Positions 55,319 through 64,000 of a DNA stretch of 64,000 bases are shown here, piece by piece. The stretch spans positions 51,832,001 through 51,896,000 of the forward strand of contig OX597831.1 of the NCBI GenBank assembly GCA_951406725.2. The letters run 5' to 3'. Below the pieces are notes generated by a model. The model had not been told where the DNA came from, did not search any database, and saw nothing but the letters and a program-made list of their open reading frames with translations. Each line of letters starts with the position of its first letter. Position 1 is the stretch's first letter. The DNA is from Octopus vulgaris (lineage: Eukaryota). Both the position numbers and the translations under genes were made by a program.

Positions 55319-55798
55319 TAGATCCCATGTTATTGCTTTTTAGAGTTAGGTCAGCACCTACTATCAAAGTTGGGCTTATTCTTGTATATAGTTCGCTAAA
55401 AGTCACTAACACACTAAAAATCCTTCACACTCGCACACACTCACATACTCACCCGCTCTTAATGATGTGTAAAATCATTAAGCCGTCTACCAAATCCACT
55501 CACAAGGCTTTGGTCGGCCCGAGGCTATAGTAGAAGACACTTGCCCAAGGTGCCACGCAGTGGGACTGAACCCGGAACCATGTGGTTGGTAAACAAGCTA
55601 AAAAATGGAGAAAATGACAAGAAAAAAACACAACGTGAGAACGTAACACATGCAAAGCATTAATAAGACGTTCAGAGAAAGAAAAGAGTGGTTGTTTTAC
55701 GTTTCGATCGTAGCTCTCCTTTGGAAATGAGAAACATAGGAAAATCTAAAGGAAAAGGAAGAAAATAATATCGCCATACATACATGCATGCATGCATG

Positions 55799-55866
<68 letters not shown>

Positions 55867-56004
55867 TACATACATACACACACACACACACACTCATACT
55901 TCTCTTTCTGTATGTGCATGTCATTTCTCTCACTGTCTCTCTTTTCCGCAACACGAAACACTTTACCAGACAGCTAAACGTCACAAATTTAACAAAACCG
56001 CCAT

Positions 56005-56335
56005 CACCACCACCACCACAACCATCAAAAACGAACGGCAACGACGACGGCCACGATGGCGACAACTACGGCGATCACCACCACCACCACCACCACCACC
56101 ACCACCACCACCACCACCACCACCACAACCACCACCACAACCACCACCACAACCACCACCACCACCACCACCACAACCACCACCACCACCACAACCACCT
56201 CCACCTCCACCACCCACCACCACCACCACCAACCACCACCACCACCACCACCACCCACCACCACCACCACCACCACAACCACCACCACCAACCACCTCCA
56301 CCTCCACCACCACCACCACTACAACCACCACCACC
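56005..56335. repeat. (CAC)n/(CAA) trinucleotide array
   Basis: Directly visible. Confidence 0.95.
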
Positions 56336-56522
56336 TGTATCACTCCAGAATTTTTCTGCTAAATTAAGCAGTATCAACAGATTTTAATTAGTCTTATTCT
56401 AACACCATTAATTAGTCTAACTCATGTTCCTGAGGCAAAATAACGACGAAATGAGAAATGAAAAATTAATTTCATCTTTTCTTTTCTTTTTCTCTTTTAC
56501 TCTCTTTTCCTGTGATATGCAG

Positions 56523-56606
56523 AGTGGCGGGGGTTGAAAACAACGCCCCCTGGGGATCGTATGGCAGAAATGTATTTCGTGTTAACGTCAGATGGCCGGA
56601 AGACAG
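56523..56606 (+). CDS. DUF885-family gene exon: VAGVENNAPWGSYGRNVFRVNVRWPED(R)
   Basis: Long pyrimidine tract plus tgcAG acceptor, GTAGGT donor, phase 2 to 2; F-x-V-N motif. Confidence 0.88.
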
Positions 56607-56739
56607 GTAGGTGAAGAGAAAAACAAAAGAAAAAAAGAAGTGTATATCTTGGATGTTGTTGTTGTTCTTGTTGTATTTGCTGTTATTTTTTGTTCTTAGG
56701 GATTGTTGTTATTAGTTGTTTTCCTTTCTCTCTTGTTCG

Positions 56740-56947
56740 TGATGTTTTTCATGTTGTTGTTGTTGTTGTTTGCTGTTGTTGTTGTTGTTGTTGATAAAGT
56801 TGTTCTGGCGTGTTGCTTTTGTTGTTGTTGTTGTTGTTGTTGCTGTGGTTGAGATTTTTTTAAAGGTGTTTTGATAGGTGATACGTTTGTCGTAGTTGTC
56901 GTTCATGATGATGATAATGATGATGATGATGATGGTGATGGTGTTGG

Positions 56948-57004
<57 letters not shown>

Positions 57005-57125
57005 CGATGATGATGATGACGACGATGATGATGATGATGAGGAGGAGGAGGAAGAGAGGGACACTGATAATAGTAGTAGCAGTAAATATAGTGATGATGA
57101 TTACTGATGATGACGATGGTGATGT
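56740..57125. repeat. (GTT)n and (GAT)n trinucleotide arrays
   Basis: Directly visible. Confidence 0.95.
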
Positions 57126-57691
57126 ACACTGTTCCAGAGATATCTCACCGTTACCACCATCCACCACGATACTATCAAAAGCAACACAAAGACTTCAGCA
57201 AAATCCGTCCAGTCTTTAATTTCTTCCCGTCTTAGCAATAAAACTGTTGTTATTGTCATTGCTGTTGTTTGGCTCCAGATCAGTCCTACTCGCGCAGATT
57301 TGGGATCAACGGATTTATATTATATGTGTTCATAAAAGACGGTGATGTGAGTGAGATTTGGCTGCTATTTCTAGCGGGTTGAGCAGTCACGTACAAGCTC
57401 AGTCGTTAGCTTATTAGTTAACACTATTGTCAGTTTCAGTCCAGTTCTGCTGTAATCGAGCAAACCTATCAATAAAACATGTCAACCGTGACCATCCCGT
57501 CTTTTTCGTAGATACAGTGCGAGTAGTAGCATATCTATAAGCTCTTTTTTAAGACACTGTGTTGTGATTACTATGAGGGAGATTTGTATGCTATTTCTAG
57601 CAGATCAAGCGGCCACGTGAAGGCTACCTCTTTAGCTCAAGTAAAACATCTATCTACAGATTATTTAGTATTGTAGATGTTTAAATAATCC

Positions 57692-58285
57692 TAAGGTGGC
57701 AAGATGGTAGAATCGTTAAAACGCCGGGCGAAATGCTTAGCGCTATTACGTTCTGAGTTCAAATTCCGCCGAGGCCGACTTTGCCTTTCATCCTTTCGGG
57801 GTCGATAAATTAAGTACCAGTTACGCACTGGGGTCGATATAATCAATTTGATCCGTCTGTCTGTCCTTGTTTGTCTCCTCTGTGTTTAGCCCCTTGTGTG
57901 TAGTAAAGAAATAGGTATTACGTTCTGAGTTCAAATTCCGACGAGGTCAACTTTGCCTTTCATACTTTCGGGGTCGATTAAATAAGTACCAGTTACGAAC
58001 TGGGGTCGATATAATCGACTTAATCCGTTTGTCTGTCCTTGTTTGTCCCTTCTGTGTGTAGCTCCTTGTGGGCAATAAAGAAATAAGAATCGTTAGAACA
58101 CCGGACAAAATGCTTAGCGGCATTTAGACCGTCTTTACGTTCTGAGCTCAAAACCCGCCGAGGCCGACTTTGCCTTTCGTCCATTCGGTGTCAATAAAAT
58201 AAGTACCAGCTGAACACTGGGGATCGATGCAATTGATTTACCACCTCCCCCAACTTGCTGGCTTCGTGCCAAAAATTGAAACTAA
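57692..58285 (+). mobile_element. Triple-nested SINE-B array
   Basis: Junctions ...tagtaaagaaata|ggtattacg (57913/57914) and ...caataaagaaata|agaatcgttag (58085/58086). Confidence 0.88.
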
Positions 58286-59281
58286 ATTTATATAATTCTT
58301 CCCTGTGAGATAGTTTTGTGAGTATTCGTTTGGTAATTCCTGAATGCAAAGGAAGAGAGAAGAGAAGAGTAGAGTAGAGAGAGAGAGATCTACAAACATT
58401 AGATCTGATGTCTTTTTAAAGCCAATTTAACATCAAATATGAATAACAAACCCACTGGCAGGGAACGATCACTGCATTTATTGCATACCGTGTGAACTAC
58501 GCTGAAGCTATATGTTTCTTCTCCAAAACCGATGCCTGATTATTTCTCTGTTGCACTGCCACGTTCTTCAGCACTGTCTTCACATGTCTCAGAAATAATA
58601 TATATCAGAATCCTTTCAATGTTGAGTCAGGTTTTACGTCCCAATATCTAATATAACAAGATATCCGATTTATGATTCAATGTATAGACGAGAAGTAACT
58701 CTTCCAGGGGAGAATATGAATAAATTATAAAATATCGGCTAGGCTTATCTAAATATCCTTTTCTATAAATAAGCATAAGATCTGAAATTTTAGGGAGAGG
58801 GCAATCGATTCTGAAGAATTGTATAAATTTAACAGTGAAAAATTGAAGTCAAGTCACTCTAAAATCACACACTATTGTCTTTCAATAGTGATAAGGAAAA
58901 AAGTAGTGTGTGTGTGTTTGTATATATATGTCTGTTTATATATGTATCAACGAGCAATGGAGATCTATCTGTTAGAAATAATTGCCAAACCACTCAAATT
59001 ACACCCTACTGTCTTAATTTATATATGTACTTAAGAATAGCAACGATGCCTCTAAGTGCTGCCTCGACCTGCTATATATAACTACCAAATTTCCATATAA
59101 CCATACTCTATTGGTTTATATATATATATATAAAACAGTACTTGGAGAAGAAGAAATATTTTTATTTGTATCGTTTTTACGTCCTGTTTGTGTTACATTT
59201 TATTTTTTTATTTTTTGTTTTTACCCCTCTGCGAAGTAATTTTATTTTGATTCTCTCGCAGGAAGGGCTAGTTTCACGAGT

Positions 59282-59341
59282 CGTGTTCTGTCTTACCTTC
59301 GAAACACGCTAGAGTTGAACTAGAGACAGCTGATGAAGGGG
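59282..59341 (+). ncRNA. Hammerhead-ribozyme-like motif in non-canonical strand order, within a Penelope-like fragment
   Basis: CUGAUGA at 59330-59336, GAAA at 59301-59304, stem I ctgtct/agacag, stem III cgtg/cacg, GUU triplet; stem II is weak. Confidence 0.35.
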
Positions 59342-59686
59342 ATTTTTCCTTGTGTAGTTTGTCTTGTACTCTGTTTTTCTGTTGTAAAAAAAATGGTTTG
59401 TTCCATGCTTGTTTTTCCGTTTTCGTTTCTCGTTGAGTTCTACGTCTAGTTGTGGTGTCCTGTACTCACGTATATATTTATATATGCATGTATATGTACA
59501 TGTAGATGTAGGTACGTACATATATGTTTGTATGTATGCATATATTTTATTTATTACACTATATATATATATAGGTATGAGCCAGCGAGAGGCAAATCTG
59601 TATTGTAGTTTCACCATAAAAGAAGCAACCACTCTCCTTCAAATCACAACCTCATTGTCTCCATTAACAACGGAGCTTCCACATGT

Positions 59687-59920
59687 TACTCTTTACTCTT
59701 TTACTCTTTTACTTGTTTCAGTCATTTGGCTGTGGCCATGCTGGAGTACCGCCTTTAGTCGAGCAAATCGACCCCAGGACTTATTCTTTGTAAGCCTAGT
59801 ACCTATTCTATCGGTCTCTTTTGCCGAACCGCTAAGTTACGGAAACGTAAACACACCAGCATCGGTTGTGAAGCGATGTTGGGGAGACAAACAGACGCAG
59901 AAACATATAGGCACACACGT

Positions 59921-59968
<48 letters not shown>

Positions 59969-60140
59969 ACATATACGACGGGCTTCTTTTAGTTTCCGTC
60001 TACCAAATCCACTCACAAGGCTTTGGCCTGCCCGAGGCTATAGTAGAAGACACTTGCCCAAGGTGCCACGCTGTGGGACTGAACCCGGAACCATGTGGTT
60101 GGTAAGCAAGCTACTTACCACACAACCACTCCTACGCCTA
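59687..60140 (-). mobile_element. SINE family A full-length copy
   Basis: Similarity to family A, including the (actctttt)n tail. Confidence 0.9.
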
Positions 60141-60455
60141 TGTCTAAAAATAGTAGAAATAGCAGCTAATTTCCCTTCAAACCATGACCTACTCTCTTAC
60201 ATATATTTGTATGTATGCATGAACCAATACACAAGACATTAATGTATCAGCTAAACATATCGGAGACGGTGGTCAATTCGCCCTTGAATCACCTCTTGTT
60301 ACTCGTCACTTTGATGCAATACTCAGGCTTCAGCGAGCACATCTGCTTGTATAGATATAAAGTTATAAACATGCGCGCGTGCGTACACACACACACACAC
60401 ACAGACTGATTTAATTGGAGTGTTTTTAATATGTCTGTATTGATATTCCTCAAAG

Positions 60456-60516
60456 GTCGACCTTTACGATGTTACCTCTCACTCTACACGAAACCAACCC
60501 TGGACATCATTTCCAA
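60456..60516 (+). CDS. DUF885-family gene exon carrying the putative metal-binding motif: STFTMLPLTLHETNPGHHFQ
   Basis: cctcaaAG acceptor, GTAAGT donor, phase 2 to 0. HExxPGHHxQ is the hallmark DUF885 motif. Confidence 0.95.
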
Positions 60517-60597
60517 GTAAGTGGAACTTAACACATAACTACTGCCTGACAAATGAACATTTACCTGTCTAACATGTATCTCTTGATTATGTTCATT

Positions 60598-60809
60598 GAT
60601 CTTCTTCTTCTTTTTCTTCTTCTTCTTCTTCTTCTTCTTCTTCTTCTTCTTCTTCTTCTTCTTTTTCTTCTTCTTCTTCATCCTCTTCTTCTTCTTCTTC
60701 TTCTTCTTCTTCTTCTTCTTCTTCCTTCTTCTTTCTCTTCCTTCTTCTTCTTCTTCTTCTTCTTCTTCTTCTTCTTCCTTCTTCTTTTTCTTCTTCATTC
60801 TCCTCTTTT

Positions 60810-60841
<32 letters not shown>

Positions 60842-60870
60842 TTCTTCTTCTTCTTCTTCCTTCTTCTTTT

Positions 60871-60902
<32 letters not shown>

Positions 60903-61000
60903 TTCTTTTTCTTCTTTTTCTTCTTCTTCTTCTTCTTCTTCTTCTTCTTCTTCTTCTTCTTCTTCTTCCTTCTTCTTTTTCTTCTTCATTCTCCTCTTTT

Positions 61001-61032
<32 letters not shown>

Positions 61033-61208
61033 TTCTTTTTCTTCTTTTTCTTCTTCTTCTTCTTCTTCTTCTTCTTCTTTCTTCTTTTTCTTCTTCTTCT
61101 TCTTCTTCTTTTTCTTCTTTTTCTTCTTCTTCTTCTTCTTCTTCTTCTTCTTTATCGTCGTCTACCTCCTCCTCCTCCTCCTCCTCCTCCTTCCTTCCTT
61201 CCTTCCTT
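60598..61208. repeat. ~600-bp (TTC)n pyrimidine tract with higher-order internal duplication
   Basis: Directly visible; the variant block cttcttcattctcctctttttcttcttcctc recurs ~190 bp apart. Confidence 0.95.
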
Positions 61209-61538
61209 CATTTTCAATTGCGCTGCATGTGAGCTCCGAGCATATCCCCTACAAAACTTGTGACCTTGCAAGTATTCCTCTTCAAATATCTCATACTATC
61301 AAACATTCCGCACAAATATGTCAAGTCAGAAGTAATTTCCTTTTCAAAGTTGTGATATTTTGTGGAAGGTTTTCTTCAAATTTCCAAGATTGCAAGAGAT
61401 CGTTTTCCAATTTGTAAGCTTGCAAAAGATATCCGATATAAATTTATGCGATTACGAGAAATTCCCTTCAAATGTAAGAAATACCCACCAGTAGATGTAT
61501 CTCATTTTAGTTTCTGATTTTGCCAGATATCTTTTATA

Positions 61539-62012
61539 CAGGGTGGACCAAAATGATCTGACACATTTGGAGGCTTAATAAAAGCACAGAAAAAAAGAAA
61601 TAATGAAAAGAAAAATTTTATTTTCTGAATGTACATATAATGCCAATTTATTTCATTAAGTTTTAAAAATTAAATCAGCTAAATGCTTCCCATCATTGTC
61701 AACAGACTGTTGGAGACGTTCATAAAAGTTATGGATCATTTCTTCTGGAATGGTGAAATGTGATTTCTTCTTGTGGGGATATTTAAAATCAAAAGTATTC
61801 AGTCATCGCCCTCGATCTATTTGATGAATTAAAACGTGCAACTTGTGTAGAAATAGCAACCATTCCAGAAGAAATGATCCATAGAGTTATCGATAACTTT
61901 CATGAACGTCTCCAACAGTGTGTTGACAATGATGGGAAGCATTTAGCTGATTTAATTTTGAAAACTTAATGAAATAAAATGGCATTTATATGTACATTCA
62001 GAAAATAAAATT

Positions 62013-62014
<2 letters not shown>
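61539..62014. mobile_element. Fold-back remnant of a Tc1/mariner-superfamily transposon 3' end
   Basis: TA followed by TIR-like cagggtggaccaaaa; inverted arms 61612-61754 and 61859-62014; + strand remnant CDFFLWGYLKSKVF...IPEEMIHRVIDNFHERLQQCVDNDGKHL. Confidence 0.8.
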
Positions 62015-62051
<37 letters not shown>

Positions 62052-62276
62052 TAGTGTTGAATTTCGGGATGGTCATTTTTGTTTGCCAAATAAACACACG
62101 CGCTATATATCTTTTGTTCACTCGTTTATTCCTTTTCTTATTTTATTATTTTTACTCATGTCCATTGTCCGGGACATGAGTTGAAATAATAAAATAAACG
62201 AGAGATAAACGAGGGAAGAAAAAATATACAGGATTTCACATCAGGAATCTTGCAAAACGAATTGATAAACGTACAC

Positions 62277-62349
<73 letters not shown>

Positions 62350-62375
62350 CACACACACACATACATACACACATA

Positions 62376-62623
62376 TTGGGTCAGCGTATAATTATTGCGG
62401 CTTTTTTATCAACAAATTTTATTCAGCAAAAACAATAACAATATTTAACAAAAACATCTTTAAATGACGGTCTGACCGTCTGCCAAGCAAATGGTCAGTA
62501 ATAATTGAAGTAGATGGTGAATATGCTCCGAAATAATCATATAAAGATGTTTTTGCTACATGTTGTTATTGTTTTTGTTGAATAAAATTTGTGGGAAAAA
62601 AGCCGCAATAATTATGTACCAAC

Positions 62624-62627
<4 letters not shown>
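62376..62627 (+). mobile_element. Mariner-derived MITE with TA TSD
   Basis: TIRs ttgggtcagcgtataattattgcggcttttt / aaaaagccgcaataattatgtaccaacccaa; internal LPSKWSVIIEVDGEY mariner C-terminal remnant. Confidence 0.8.
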
Positions 62628-62674
<47 letters not shown>

Positions 62675-62777
62675 AATGTGAGGATAAAATTCTTTTCGAA
62701 AAAAAATATTTTCTCGAAAAAAATTTTATCAATGGCCAGCATATTAAAAAATACCTTTAACGGTTAAATTTATAAAC

Positions 62778-62912
62778 AATTCATAAATGAGGGCAAAGGA
62801 AAAAAATTCTAATGCCAAATATGCCGAAAAATTATATGGTTAATGGACAATATGTCCAATTTTTCGGCATATTTGGCATTAGAATTTTTTCCTTTGCCCT
62901 CATTTATGAATT
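62778..62912. repeat. Near-perfect palindrome, ~55-bp arms, 24-nt spacer
   Basis: aattcataaatgagggcaaagg...gccgaaaaatt / aatttttcggc...cctttgccctcatttatgaatt. Confidence 0.9.
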
Positions 62913-63855
62913 ATATATATATATAGGGATGATGATAGGGAGAGTTTACGAAAAAAACAAAAGACGAAGACAGGTGGTGTACAAAACAAACAGATGTATT
63001 AGTATAAGGCTCAGGAATAGAAAAAGTATTTTACGTTTCGAGCCTATGCTCTTCTACAGAAAGGCACACAGAAAAAACAAGGAGAGAAAAAAAAGGATAT
63101 ACTCGTATATCAGTACCTATGTCTCGTTACTTTGTACACAAGCATCATGCAATCTGCCTTTCAATCTGTGACAGAATCACTTTGTTACCATCTGAAATAA
63201 TTGCTTCTTGAACTACGTTAATTCAATGAGCGAATACTTCAATTGATCGAACAGGGTCTTCGAGGTGGTCATTAAGCTCTGCAGTAATTTTGGGAGCTGT
63301 ACTTTTCTGATCCTTTCTAACAATTCGTGTAAAACTCCAACGGTCCATATCTGAAATTTTGGTTTTTCTTACGGGGTTTTGTTGCAACGAGGAGGTTTTT
63401 CCCTCTTTCTCAAAGGCTGAATGCTCATCGTCGAAACCGACGATGAACCATCAACTTCTGTTTATGTATGTATGTTTATGTACATGGATAAAGATGATTG
63501 TAGTCTGGCTATTCTTCATCATTGCAATTATCTTCTGTTTTGTTTGCAAACGTCGTGTTAATGCACGTCTGACAAAGTAAATATAGGCAGTACGGTTATT
63601 GTTTCTAGCTCCCATCTAAAATTGATAGCAGGTGACTAGCTGAGTAATGGGTTAGGGGAGGGAGAAACGTATGTGTGGTGCCGGTATTTAAACGAAGAAC
63701 AACACTATTAAGGCTTCTGTTGTTTCAATATGTCTCGTATGTGAATGAGAGTGTGTGTGTATGTGTGTGTGTGTGCGTGAATGTACACATATGAAAATAT
63801 ATATGTATACACACACGCACACAACCACTAGAACATACATATGTGCGCGTGTATG

Positions 63856-63902
<47 letters not shown>

Positions 63903-64000
63903 TGCATATGCGTGTGTGCATGTGTGTGTGTATGTATGTATATATATATATACATACATATATACACAGATATAGATATATGTATGTGAATGTATAAAAT

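Noticed and set aside
59409-60242. 277-aa ORF and similar ORFs containing RRASFSFRLPNPLTRLWSARGYSRRHLPK
   Set aside because: Antisense read-through of SINE family A; the same peptide recurs at many SINE copies.
60517-64000. Search for the next DUF885 exon (expected to lead to an EGW-type motif)
   Set aside because: No suitable phase-0 open exon was found by eye; it presumably lies beyond the window.

Overview
This is AT-rich, microsatellite-dense animal genomic DNA. The SINE repertoire looks like coleoid cephalopod, probably Octopus (recognised from memory, not searched). Almost all ORFs in the supplied track are simple-repeat artefacts. Nearly the whole window lies within one + strand, multi-exon gene that the ORF track does not reveal. 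It has 11 confident exons plus 1 candidate (3787-60516), all with AG/GT boundaries and matching phases. They splice to ~408 codons of a DUF885-family (bacterial-like, putative zinc metallopeptidase) protein ending at HETNPGHHFQ; neither the start nor the C-terminal exons were found in the window. The introns hold: two abundant tRNA-like SINE families (here A and B) plus rarer SINEs; a 5S rRNA-headed SINE chimera; 5'-truncated CR1, RTE and Tx1/L1 LINEs; a full-length decayed mariner; several MITEs; Helitron-type elements; Penelope-like fragments; and many palindromes. The most novel signals are a SINE-B subfamily whose 3' stem-loop/AATAAA tail matches the Tx1 LINE and which recurs at fixed positions inside its own family's head, a Tx1 LINE embedded in a (TCTA)n array, a 159-bp target-site duplication, and an oddly permuted hammerhead-like motif.
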